From an uncultured Gammaproteobacteria bacterium (GTDB taxonomy: Bacteria > Pseudomonadota > Gammaproteobacteria > UBA9214): a stretch of 18,606 nt of DNA. Within the stretch, counting starts at the first letter, position 1; each line of letters starts with the position of its first letter. Shown in pieces: positions 1 to 9,603 of the stretch. Made by a program: the position numbers and the translations under genes. The DNA is taken from the NCBI GenBank assembly GCA_963827755.1, contig CAWHCQ010000043.1:1-18606 (forward strand), written 5' to 3'. Under the pieces are notes generated by a model, which worked only from the letters and a program-made list of their open reading frames with translations, had not been told where the DNA came from and did no database searches.

Positions 1-1
1 C

Positions 2-139
2 GGGCGTAAAGTCACATCACTGGATGGCCTGAAAAAACAGGTCAAGCGCTGTGAACTATCACTCGGGCTGCAATGGTTTGACGACGATGTCGACGATGTC
101 ATTGAATACCTGAACACCAGCTTCTACCACTACGAGTAA
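2..139 (+). CDS. 3' end of a small protein, probably c-type cytochrome-like (partial)
   Basis: Frame 2 is open from the window edge: GRKVTSLDGLKKQVKRCELSLGLQWFDDDVDDVIEYLNTSFYHYE*. This resembles, from recall, the C-terminus of small monoheme cytochromes. No CxxCH motif lies inside the window. Confidence 0.55.
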   Translation, partial: GRKVTSLDGLKKQVKRCELSLGLQWFDDDVDDVIEYLNTSFYHYE

Positions 140-144
140 CCGGC

Positions 145-495
145 ATGAGCGTCTGCGACCTGAGCAACAGGCATTGCAAACCCTGTGAAGGCGGTGTCTC
201 GCCACTCGCAGCTGACCAGGCAAGCACGCTGCTGGCAGATTTACACAGGGACTGGTCAATCGATACAAGTGGCAAGGAAATCAGCCGGACATACGCCTTC
301 AAGAACTATTACCAGACCATGGCATTCGTCAATGCCCTCGCCTGGATCGCCCACGCCGAGGACCACCACCCGGACATTGAAGTAAGCTACAAGACCTGCC
401 ATGTCCGCTACAGCACGCACGCCATTGGCGGTCTGTCCGAAAATGATTTTATCTGTGCGGCAAAAATAGACGCCCTGTTGCCCGCAGCCGAATAA
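145..495 (+). CDS. phhB: Pterin-4-alpha-carbinolamine dehydratase
   Basis: 116 aa with CKPCEGG N-terminus, EDHHPD motif and YSTHAIGGLSENDFICAAKID. Confidence 0.95.
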   Translation: MSVCDLSNRHCKPCEGGVSPLAADQASTLLADLHRDWSIDTSGKEISRTYAFKNYYQTMAFVNALAWIAHAEDHHPDIEVSYKTCHVRYSTHAIGGLSENDFICAAKIDALLPAAE

Positions 496-507
496 CAACG
501 ACCTGGC

Positions 508-1465
508 ATGTCTAACGATCCAGACCCTTCCACCAGGCCAGACACAAGAAATCCGACGAACACAAAAACAGACAAGCACCGCACCGCCCTCGTCATTGTC
601 AACTACGGCAAACATCAACTGCTGGAAGATACTGATGGCAAGCTGCACCGCAGCGTTGCACGCCGCGGACTGCAACAGCTAGTCTGCGGCGACACGGTTG
701 AATGGCTGCCAACCGGTGCCGGTGAAGGCGTTATCGAAGTGCTGCTGCCACGCCGCAACGTGCTACAGCGTGTGGACAAAAACAATAGCACACGGCCCCT
801 GGTGGCCAACATCGACCAGCTCATTATCGCGGCTGCTGCAGAACCCCCGCTCGACACCTTCCTGCTTGACAAATACACCGTTGCTGCCGAACTGGCGGAT
901 TGCGAACCGCTGATTATTGTCAATAAAGCCGACCTTTTGAGCGACACACAACGCAGTGATACTGAAGCGCTGTTCAGCGAACTCAATGACATCGGCTATA
1001 CCACCCTGTTCACCAGTGCGGAAGAAAATACCGGCATCCGTGAATTCACAGAACAGCTGTCCGGTAAAACCAGCATCCTTGTTGGCCAGAGCGGTGTCGG
1101 CAAATCATCGCTCATCAAGCGACTGCTGCCCGACATCGACATCACGACCGGCAAACTCTCGACGGCATCCGGGGAAGGTAAACACACCACCACTGCCACA
1201 ACCCTCTATCACCTGCCGCACGGCGGCAAACTGATCGATTCACCGGGAGTGCGCGACTTCAAGCTCAGCAAGACCAGCCCGCTTGAGCTCGGCAACGGCT
1301 TTCGTGAATTCCACGCCCTGCAGTTCAAATGTAAGTTCAATGACTGCGCACACCTGTCAGAACCGGGCTGCGCTATCACCAGCGCCGTCGAAAGCGGCAA
1401 AATCAGCCCCCGCACGGTATGCCAGCTACCGGAGTTTGCTTGCTATAATGGATAATATTGATTAA
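508..1465 (+). CDS. rsgA: Ribosome small subunit-dependent GTPase A, with a frameshift near 1410
   Basis: Circularly permuted GTPase motifs NKAD, GQSGVGKSS, GKHTTT and DSPG, plus the zinc finger CKFNDCAHLSEPGC. The conserved end ARYASYRSLL..* lies in the other frame (ORF 1283..1465) after a C5 run. Confidence 0.95.
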
Positions 1466-1517
1466 GTCCTGATGTAGAATGACTGCAGGCCTTTCCTCTA
1501 AACAAACGGACCAGGTT

Positions 1518-3283
1518 ATGACGCGACTCTCCAGTACATCTCTAAAGGCTCTTCTTCTCATTGCTTGCGGCGTCCTGTATTCAGGTGCGGCCAGTGCCGT
1601 ACCGGCGATATGGGAGGCACAACTCGGGGCAACCGTTACGAATGCGGCCATTGTCCCGGCGCTGGATGACCAGGATGACCTCGATACCGGCACCGACCTG
1701 AGCTTCGGCACCTGTCCTTTCCATTTGCCGGTACAACCTATACCGATATCGACGTGCTGAATATTTCCAGTAACGGTTTTATCAGCCTGGGTGCCAGTAA
1801 CGGCAATGATCCAGCCGCCTCCGCGAACCTGCTGATGACGGATACCAGCCCGCGAATCGCGCCCTTCTGGACCGGACCTTGACCTGACTCAAGGGGGTGA
1901 CGTCTACATCAACCGCTTCAACGATGATGCCGATGCTGCCATTGACCGCATCGTAATCACCTACGCGGCCGGTCTCAATCAGTGCATTACCTCGGATTGC
2001 TCGGTGCTTGTCCAGGTACAACTGCTGGAAGATGGCACTATTATCTTTGGCTATAACGGCATCGACCTGGTCAATCCGGGTGATACGAACGTATCAGATC
2101 TGCTGATCGGCATCTCGCCTGCCCCGGCGGAATTCCCCCGACTAGTTCCGATCTGAGCGCCCTGCTGCCGACCTTTGACAGCGGCACTGAGCAAACCATT
2201 TATGAACTGTTCGCGGCGGTACCTGCCACGCCGGCCTCCCCGCTGTTTGATCTGGATGACACCAACATCATCTTTACCCCCAATCTGACCAACGGTTTTG
2301 ACGTTAGTGACAGCATGGCCAACCCACCGGTCTCAACTGAACCGCCCATCTGGGAGAGCAGGATCGGTACCACCATCGACGGGCAGGCACTGGACAACCA
2401 GGATGAGCTTTCCGTAGATCTCAACTTCGACACCTTGTCGTTCCCGTTTGCCGGTACCACCTATAATGGTGCCGACGTACTGAACATCTCCAGTAACGGT
2501 TTCATCAGCCTGGGGGGAGACAACGGCCCCGACTCTTCACCCAGTGCAGCGATCCTGACCGGAGATGTCTTTCCGCGTATCGCGCCCTTCTGGACCGACC
2601 TGGATCCTGAGTTTGAAGGCGGCGATATCTTCATCAATCGCTTTACTGACGACGATGCCGACGCGGACATTGATCGTATCGTCGTTACCTTCGCGCTTGG
2701 CCATTTCGAGTGCAACGCCGATGATTGCTCGGTGCTGGCACAGGTGCAATTGCTGGAAAATGGCACCATCATCTTCGGCTACAATGGCATCGACCTCGAA
2801 AACACCCTGAACAACGTCACCGAGGACCTGCTGGTCGGTCTCTCTCCCGTCATTGGCGCAACGGACCTGGGCAGTGCAAACATTGGCGACACGGCACCGT
2901 TTAACAGCAGCGCAGGCGACGCCGTCTACGAACTGTTCGAAGCGGCTTCTGCACCCCCGTTTGACCTCGACGGCGGCAACGTGGTGTTTACCCCAGACGG
3001 CGGTGGCGGTTTTAATGTCACGGCCCCTGGTGTCGGTGGCGTGGGCATCGGCGGCGGTGGTGGTGGCGGCGGTGGCGGCGGGTGCAGTCTCGCGGGTAAC
3101 GATGCCGCATTTGACCCGACCCTGTGGCTACTGGTGCTGGTCTCGGTCATCTACCTGCGTCAGCGGCGTTCACGCGCTGAAAGTGCGCAAGTGTCACCTA
3201 AGCGGATACATGCCCTGTCGATGCAAGCACTGCTGCTCGCCGGACTGTTTTCCGGCGCGCTGTTTGCGCGGACCTGCCCTTGA
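1518..3283 (+). CDS. Secreted/surface protein with two tandem nidogen (NIDO)-like domains, a Gly linker and a JDVT-CTERM-like sorting domain; several frameshifts in 1710-2150
   Basis: Signal peptide MTRLSSTSLKALLLIACGVLYSGAASA. Motifs SFPFAGTTY, NISSNGFISLG, RIAPFWT and VQLLE(D/N)GTIIFGYNGID occur twice, about 1600-2310 and 2340-3025. Then GGGGGGGGGGGCSLAGNDAAFDPTLWLLVLVSVIYLRQRR. The 3' end is uncertain (see findings). Confidence 0.75.
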
Positions 3284-4271
3284 CCGTACCCCTTAACCTG
3301 GGCAGCCTTGAGTGGATCGTCACCAACAAAGCGGGAACGAGTTTGGGAGCGGTTCAAGAAACGGCCTTCACGGGCGACTGTGACGGCAGCGTCGACGGCA
3401 TGGGCATCAGTAACGCCACCAGCGCAAGCGGGGCCACCAATGCCTTCGACAATGCCTGGATGCTGTTTGTAAACGACGAGGTCTTTGTTGCCCCTGCCCC
3501 TGGCACGGTAGACCTGACCAGTGAGCTATTAACAGCCGGGCCGGTGCCGCTTTCCGACCTCGACACCACTCTCGAAATCCTCTTCTCGCGCTTTCTGCAG
3601 GCGGCGCGCATTCGCGCGCTGTTTGCAAACACGACCAACTCCGCAATCACCGTTGACGTGGATGTCCCCATCAACCTCGGCTCTGATGACGCCACCAGGA
3701 TTGAAGCGGCCTCGATCGACGACGATGTATTTACCACTGCCGACCGCTGGATTGTCACTTCGGACACCTGTCGACAATAACGCCGTCAACACCACCGTCA
3801 TTTTTGGCCCGGGCACACCCACTGTCACACCCCTTGAGCGTCACCTCCACTGTCTGCAACGATGACAAGAACAATGATAAAGGCATCGGCTTTTCCTTCA
3901 GCATTACCGTCCCGGCCTTTGCAACGCGCTCACTGATGTTTTTTGCAGGACTGGGCGACATCCAGGGGACCAATAACACCATCGACGGCGCTATCACGAA
4001 TGCGACCATGTTCAACAGCAATACCAGCATCGACATCGGATTGCTGGACGACCTGTCAGCGACCGAGCAGAAGGAAATTCTCAACTGGGACTTTTCAACA
4101 ACCATCAACACCGCCGCCACTGCAGCTGAAGATGATGAAGACAGAACCTTTATCGACGATTTTTTTGGCTGCAGCCTGGGCAAGCACAACACTAAAGATC
4201 CGATACTGCCGCTGCTGGTCGCATTTGCAATCGTCGGCGTTTTCATCCGCAACAGAGTTTTTCGCGCCTAG
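3191..4271 (+). CDS. Second secreted protein or module with a C-terminal JDVT-CTERM-like anchor; frameshifts near 3268, 3765 and 3830
   Basis: Signal-like (V/M)SPKRIHALSMQALLLAGLFSGALFA. Joining the ORF pieces 3280..3780, 3623..3865 and 3804..4271 gives a continuous beta-rich domain (NLGSDDATRI..ADRWIVTSD..NTTVIFGPG..TVPAFATRSLMFF) ending FFGCSLGKHNTKDPILPLLVAFAIVGVFIRNR. Confidence 0.65.
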
Positions 4272-4278
4272 TCCTCGA

Positions 4279-4305
4279 ACACCTGCAGGAAGGCCTTGCA
4301 GGTGT
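4279..4305. terminator. Stem-loop after the stop codon, a possible terminator between convergent genes
   Basis: ACACCTGCA-ggaaggcct-TGCAGGTGT, a 9-bp inverted repeat with no U tract. Confidence 0.35.
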
Positions 4306-4313
4306 GACAGGAT

Positions 4314-4652
4314 GTAGGGTGCGTTTTACGCACCATGGCATACTTGAAAAAACCAGATGGTATGTTCCAACACCGAAATGGTGCATGAAATGCACCCTAC
4401 CCGGTGACTGCCCAACCCAGCGTAGGGTGCGTTTTACGCACCATGGCATACCTGAAAAAACCAGATGGTATGTTCCAACACCGAAATGGTGCATGAAATG
4501 CACCCCACCCGGTGACTGCCCAACCCAGCGTCAGGGTGCGTTTTACGCACCATGGCTGAAAAAACCAGATGGTATGTTCCAACACCGAAATGGTGCATGA
4601 AATGCCCCTCCCGGTGACTGCCCAACCCAGCGTAGGGTGCGTTTTACGCGCC
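4314..4652. repeat. Tandem array of REPIN/BIME-like units (GTAG-family REP doublets), period about 108 bp, 3 units plus a partial fourth
   Basis: Units start at 4314, 4422, 4530 and 4632. Each has GTAGGGTGCGTTTTACGCACC, a conserved spacer, the inverted GGTGCATGAAATGCACCCTAC and a linker. Confidence 0.9.
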
Positions 4653-5007
4653 ACTGCGGTCATACCCCGGCGGCCAGTGCATCGGCCGGCCACCCAGCAC
4701 ATGCAGGTGAATATGGTAAACCGACTGCCCGGCCCCGGCATTGCAGTTCATCACCATGCGGTAACCCGGCGCGGCAATGCCCTCATCTTCGGCAACCTGT
4801 TTGGCCGCGAGATAGAGCTTGCCAACGACGGCGGCATTTTCCTCGTTTAAATCATTGCTGGTTGCGATATGCGCCTTCGGAATAACCAGCACATGGACTC
4901 GGCGCCTGCGGGTTTACATCGCGAAACGCCAGTACCGTTTCATCCTCGTAGACCACGTCCGGCTGAATTTCACCGGCCACCATTTTGCAGAATAAACAAT
5001 CTGACAT
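4644..5007 (-). CDS. hinT: Histidine triad nucleotide-binding protein, with a frameshift near 4896
   Basis: MSDCLFCKMVAGEIQPDVVYEDETVLAFRDVNPQAP from the ATG at 5007 joins LVIPKAHI..GQSVYHIHLHVLGGRPMHWPPG. Confidence 0.93.
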
Positions 5008-5021
5008 TGATAAGCTCCGGG

Positions 5022-5618
5022 TTAGATTTCAAGTCGGCCTGAAAAGGCATGGGAAAGTGTGCTGCTGTCGATGTATTCCAGTTCACCACCCATCGGCACA
5101 CCGTGTGCAATACGGGTGGCACGGATGCCGTGCGCACGCGCCATCTCGCTGACAAAATGTGCCGTGGCCTCGCCCTCAACGGTCGGGTTTGTCGCCAGAA
5201 TCATCTCGCTGATCTGGCCGGTCGCAAGCCGCGCCTCGAGCAGATCCAGTCCGAGCGCCTCAGGGCCAATGCCATCCAGCGGCGAGAGATGCCCCATGAG
5301 CACAAAATACAGCCCCTTGTAGCCGGTAGACTGTTCCAGCGCCTGTACATCGGCCGGTGTCTCGACGATACATAATTGACTGCGATCACGCCGGTCATTC
5401 GCACACAGGCCGCACACGGCCGTTTCTGTCAGGGTACGGCACTCACTGCAATTGCCGACCTTCTCCATCGCCTCATTCAGTGCCTCGGCCAGCTGGCGGC
5501 CACCGTCACGATTATGCTCCAGCAATTGAAAGGCCATGCGTTGTGCGGATTTTGGCCCAACGCCCGGCAGACAACGCAAGCTTTCAACCAGGCGCTCGAT
5601 CAGCCGGGAGGTACTCAT
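5022..5618 (-). CDS. recR: Recombination mediator RecR
   Basis: [11 protein letters not shown] helix-hairpin-helix, C4 zinc finger, Toprim motif [12 protein letters not shown], and [14 protein letters not shown]. Confidence 0.98.
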   Translation of the reverse strand: MSTSRLIERLVESLRCLPGVGPKSAQRMAFQLLEHNRDGGRQLAEALNEAMEKVGNCSECRTLTETAVCGLCANDRRDRSQLCIVETPADVQALEQSTGYKGLYFVLMGHLSPLDGIGPEALGLDLLEARLATGQISEMILATNPTVEGEATAHFVSEMARAHGIRATRIAHGVPMGGELEYIDSSTLSHAFSGRLEI

Positions 5619-5633
5619 GCAACCGGGCGCATG

Positions 5634-5958
5634 CTAGAACGGCAACTTCATGCCCGCAGGCAAATTCATACCGCTGGTCAGTCCGGACATGCGCTCTTGC
5701 GTCGTCACCTCGACCTTGTGCGCCGCGTCATTGATCGCAGCCGCCACCAGGTCCTCCAGCATATCCTTGTCATCCGCTAACAGGCTGTCATCGATAACGC
5801 ACACGCCGCACCTCGTGCTTACCGGTCATCGTGACCTTGACCAGCCCGCCACCGGATTCACCGGTCACTTCCAGGCTGGCCAGCTCGGCCTGTGCCTTCT
5901 CCATATTGGCCTGCATTTCCTGCGCCTGCTTCATCAGGTTTCCTAAACCACCTTTCAT
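5634..5958 (-). CDS. ybaB: YbaB/EbfC nucleoid-associated protein, with a frameshift near 5800
   Basis: Manual translation gives [53 protein letters not shown] / [40 protein letters not shown]. It sits in the dnaX-ybaB-recR synteny. Confidence 0.95.
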
Positions 5959-6048
5959 AATCGCTACCTCGGTTCATTCAAGTCTATAAATAAAATCAGC
6001 TGCAGCTGTATAACGTATACGTGGAGCGCATGCATGATGAGCTGTCAC

Positions 6049-6250
6049 GCATGAGCCCCTGTCGCGCTTGCGAAGCGCTCCTAAGACAATAGAGCTTATC
6101 CGCATTGCTGGGCAGCAAAGCGACGATACCATACATGGCCATCGATGGGAGGCGCTCCCAACCTGCATTTAACACCTGCAGGAACGCGCTTGCAGGCGCG
6201 ATACCCCTGCATGAGCCCCTATCGCGCCTGCAAGGCGCTCCTGCAACAAT
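6049..6250. repeat. Degenerate REP-like cluster (G(T/C)AGGAGCG type) between dnaX and ybaB
   Basis: Imperfect 42-bp direct repeat at 6049-6090 and 6209-6250 (gcatgagcccctRtcgcgcYtgc..gcgctcct..acaat). Segment 6177-6202 is an imperfect inverted copy of 6221-6244. Confidence 0.7.
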
Positions 6251-6307
6251 CGACCCGGCCGATCCATTCAATCCAGGCGTTGCTGGCAAACGCTTGCCAC
6301 AACTTCA

Positions 6308-7958
6308 TCACTTCGGTCGAATCGAATCCATTTGCACCGCCCCGCCAAAGGCATCCTGTAGCGCGCGGATATTCTCATCACCCTCGATCGAATCCTGCGC
6401 CTGCTGCTGGCGCTCATCCTGTTCGCGAATACGCCGGCTTGCCGGTGTCTCATGTGGCAACTCACCTTCCTTGGTGATCTTTACGCTGACGGGATGCTGG
6501 AAATGCGTAGCATAACGCCTGCTCCAGCTGCTCGGTGCGTTCCTTGTTGAGTAGATAGGCATGTGCAGGATCCAGGGACAGCCGTACACTGTTATCTTCC
6601 ATGCCGTGGAATGCACAATGTTGCGCCATCTGCCCGGCCATGCCCTTTAATGTGATCGCCCCGATAATCCCACCCCAGGTCTCCGCATTGTCCGCTGACT
6701 GTCCAGCTGCCTGGGTGACGGGTGGTGCTGCTGAGGTCTGTGCCACAGCCGCCGCATTGGTAACGGAGGCAACTGGCGCAGCCGCGTCAGCCGGTGGTTG
6801 TTTGCGAACCGGTTTCGCTGTTTTTTTCGGTAGCGATTTCGCCGCTGCCGCCTGTGTCTGTTTGGCCGGTGCGGCAGCCGGGCGAAACGCCAGCATGCGC
6901 AACAGCAACATTTCAAAACCGCCACGCGGCTGTGGCGACAGCGGCAGATCGCGCCGCCCCAGCAGCCCGATCTGGTAATACAACTGGACATCTTCAGGAG
7001 AAATACGCTCTGCCAGCGCCAGTACCACATCGCGGTCACCAAGGCTGTCATCAATCGCGTCCGGCAGGGCCTGGGCAATCGCGATACGCTGCAACAGCCC
7101 CACCATGTCAGCCAGTAATGCCGCATAGTCCGGTGCAAAATCATCGGCCTTGCCAATCTCTTCCATCAGCAGGGCGGCGTTATTCTCTGCCAGCGCGTCG
7201 AACAGCCGATAGACCACGTCGCGATCGATACTGCCGAGCATACTGCGCACCTCGTCTTCCTTGAGTTCGCCATCACCGAAGGCAATCGCCTGGTCGAGCA
7301 GACTCAGGGCATCACGCATACTGCCATCGGCGGCATACGCCAGCTGGCGCAGCGCACCGCTATCGGTCTTGATATTTTCCTGTGCAAGGATGTTCTCGAG
7401 TTGCGCGGTAATCTGCGGCAGCGTCAGGCTCTTCAGATTGAATTGCAGGCAGCGTGACAACACGGTCACCGGCAAACGTTGCGGATCGGTTGTCGCCAGC
7501 AGAAACTTGACGTGTGGCGGCGGCTCTTCAAGGGTTTTCAGCAAGGCATTAAAGCTGTGCGTTGACAGCATGTGGACTTCGTCAATCAGGTAGACCTTGT
7601 AGCGCCCGCGGGTCGGCGCATATTGCACGTTCTCGAGCAGATCCCGGGTGTCCTCGACCTTGGTACGCGAGGCGGCATCGACCTCGATGAGATCAACAAA
7701 ACGGCCACTGTCGATTTCCTCGCAGGCACTGCAGCTGCCACAGGGCGTGGAACTCACCCCGGCTTCACAATTCAGTGCCTTGGAAAAGATACGTGCAATG
7801 GTGGTCTTACCGACACCACGGGTACCGCTGAACAGGTAGGCGTGATGCAAGCGGTCATTGTCCAGCGCATTGACCAGGGCGCGCCGCACATGGTCCTGCC
7901 CGACCAGTTCGGTAAACGTACGTGGACGCCATTTACGCGCCAGGACTTGATAGCTCAT
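6308..7958 (-). CDS. dnaX: DNA polymerase III subunit gamma/tau, with a frameshift near 6513
   Basis: MSYQVLARKWRP, GTRGVGKT, DEVHML and SRC motifs. The C-terminus ATHFQHPVSVKI..ETPA..ALQDAFGGAVQMDSIRPK continues in ORF 6308..6616. Confidence 0.97.
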
Positions 7959-8012
7959 CTGGTTTTAAGTATCGGTTAGGGTCACTGAACGGGATGTGAC
8001 GGCCCGGGAAAA

Positions 8013-8124
8013 GGTGACCTGCACCAGCCACACCCCGGCACTCGAATCCACTGCTGCCGCTGCTCCCTTCCAGGCCTGACGGGGTTCACAGCTTCTCGTC
8101 GCGAGGGGACCAGCACAAGCCACC
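8013..8124 (-). ncRNA. ffs: Signal recognition particle 4.5S RNA
   Basis: The minus strand has the SRP domain IV motif GTGAACCCCGTCAGGCCTGGAAGGGAGCAGC. The ends GGTGGCTTGTGCTGG and CTGGTGCAGGTCACC pair. It lies immediately upstream of dnaX. Confidence 0.95.
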
Positions 8125-8201
8125 AGCGGTATTATCGCAGAAGTCGGTGGTTAAATTCCATCGGGATCAGCATAAGACCCCTTGCGGAGCCTTTTTATTT
8201 T

Positions 8202-8446
8202 TGGCGGAGAGGGAGGCCGTTCCCGCACATCCCTGTGCTCCACGGCACCTGCACCTCCCTGTGCATTGGGATTCGCGCTGATTGGATTATCGAGGCTTCA
8301 AATCCCGGTCAGCGCCGGAGACAAAAAAGGCCCCTCACGGGGCCTTTTCTTTTTGGCGGAGAGGGAGGCCGTTCCCGCACATCCCTGTGCTCCACGGCAC
8401 CTGCACCTCCCTGTGCATTGGGATTCGTGCTGATTGGATTATCGAG
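8202..8446 (-). repeat. tRNA-Ser 3'-end-linked repeat, type A (152-bp period, one full and one truncated unit)
   Basis: TGGCGGAGAGGGAGG at 8202 and 8354, each followed by about 78 near-identical bases. A terminator hairpin lies at 8323-8348 and a degenerate one at about 8174-8200. Confidence 0.92.
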
Positions 8447-8531
8447 AGCTCGGTGTTTCCATATTTTTCAATTGGTTACGAAGCTATCGTGTCCAGATCA
8501 TGTCTAACAGAATCCGAGAAACACCAGGAGC

Positions 8532-8585
8532 TTGGCAATCCCGCGACCACATGGTATTTTCTACATAAATCTACAAAACTGTAGA
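8532..8585 (+). promoter_or_regulatory. Candidate sigma70 promoter and operator of the toxin-antitoxin operon
   Basis: TTGGCA (8532), a 17-bp spacer, then TATTTT (8555) preceded by TGn. Palindrome TCTACA-aaac-TGTAGA at 8570-8585, an extra TCTACA half-site at 8560, and RBS GAGGAGG. Confidence 0.55.
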
Positions 8586-8597
8586 GGAGGATCTGCC

Positions 8598-8864
8598 ATG
8601 AGCACAACCACACAAGTTTCCGCCTATATCTCGGAAGAGACCAAGGCCGCGATTGAAGCGTATGTGAAGCGTCGCGGTGTGAAGAAGGCCTACTTGATCG
8701 AAGAGGCGCTACAGCACCACCTTCAGGCATTGCGTGAGATCCCCGAGGATTTGATTATCCCCTCCCGGCTGATGTTGACTGGTGAGGCAATGGCAGAGAT
8801 CGCCGAACGTGTCATCCAGGAAGAGCAACCCACGGAATCCTTGAAAGCGCTGTTTCGTGAATAA
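8598..8864 (+). CDS. Ribbon-helix-helix antitoxin (DUF1778/AtaR-like role)
   Basis: 88 aa, MSTTTQVSAYISEETKAAIEAYVKRRGVKKAYLIEEALQHHL, showing a beta-alpha-alpha pattern. Strong RBS, and it overlaps the GNAT start. Confidence 0.8.
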   Translation: MSTTTQVSAYISEETKAAIEAYVKRRGVKKAYLIEEALQHHLQALREIPEDLIIPSRLMLTGEAMAEIAERVIQEEQPTESLKALFRE

Positions 8865-9603
8865 GGCGAAGCAGGAAGTTCTGGTCAGGCGACTTGAACC
8901 CCTGGACGATCGCACCCGATTCCGTAGCGGAAATATCGACCTCGACCGCTTCTTTCTACGCTATGCCGGTCAGAATCAGTTTCGACACCACATTGGAACG
9001 ACCTATGTCGCCGTCCAGGGTGACCATATCACCGGATTTGTCACTGTCTCCAGCGGAGAGATGGTTGCAGAAAAACTGACGAAAGCCCTGCGCCGACGCC
9101 TGCCCGCTTACCCCCTTCCGATACTCCGCCTTGCCCGACTCGCCGTGGACGAAAGATTCCAGGGGCATGGCATCGGACGGCTGTTACTGCGCGCCATGCT
9201 TGAACTTGCCCTGGAGATGCGAAACCGCGTCGGTTGCATCGGTGTGATCGTGGATGCCAAACCGGATGCAGTTCCCTTTTATTCGTCTTTGGGCTTCAAA
9301 CCTGTCGACCTGGTCAGTGGCGCCCTCAGCGATCGACCCGAGCCCATCGCTATGTTCTTGCCCATTGGCCAGATTGCCTTGGCCACCAAAGAAGCAGCGA
9401 TCGACCCGAGCCCGTCGCCATGTTCTTGCCCATTGGCCAGATTGGCTTGGCCACCAAATCGGAAGAAGACGGCGAAAGGATGGATGACGAGTGGGAGAAT
9501 GACGACTCGGTACACACCTCCACGCCACGGCGTACAAAGGCGCAGGCCAGGGTCGGGAAGATCCTGGAGGACAAAAGCCGTGAAGAACTACTGGATCTGC
9601 TAA
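8857..9603 (+). CDS. GNAT-family acetyltransferase toxin (AtaT/TacT-like); C-terminus altered by a 68-bp duplication
   Basis: FRSGNIDLDRFF, PAYPLPILRLARLAVDERFQGHGIGRLLL and VIVDAKPDAVPFYSSLGF. The core domain ends near 9390 and the remaining residues look out of frame. Confidence 0.88.
   Translation: MNKAKQEVLVRRLEPLDDRTRFRSGNIDLDRFFLRYAGQNQFRHHIGTTYVAVQGDHITGFVTVSSGEMVAEKLTKALRRRLPAYPLPILRLARLAVDERFQGHGIGRLLLRAMLELALEMRNRVGCIGVIVDAKPDAVPFYSSLGFKPVDLVSGALSDRPEPIAMFLPIGQIALATKEAAIDPSPSPCSCPLARLAWPPNRKKTAKGWMTSGRMTTRYTPPRHGVQRRRPGSGRSWRTKAVKNYWIC
9327..9458 (+). repeat. Imperfect tandem duplication, 68-bp period
   Basis: cagcgatcgacccgagccc...ttggccaccaaa starts at 9327 and 9395, with 3 substitutions in 64 bp. 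Confidence 0.95.

Noticed and set aside
3050-3083. GGC/GGT microsatellite as a phase-variation tract
   Set aside because: Mixed Gly codons encode the poly-Gly linker of the sorting domain, and triplet changes would not shift the frame.
4314-4652. CRISPR array
   Set aside because: The sequences between the palindromes are near-identical rather than unique spacers, the arms are inverted GTAG REPs, and no cas genes are present.
4243-4741. Small ORFs with repeated peptides over the 108-bp array
   Set aside because: The period is a multiple of 3, so open frames arise passively; the DNA palindromes explain the structure.
6500-6520. Programmed frameshift at the observed dnaX break
   Set aside because: There is no slippery sequence there, and a single extra base explains the break as in the neighbouring genes.
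9327-9458. Diversity-generating retroelement template/variable repeat pair
   Set aside because: The differences are not adenine-specific, the copies are directly adjacent, and no reverse transcriptase is present.
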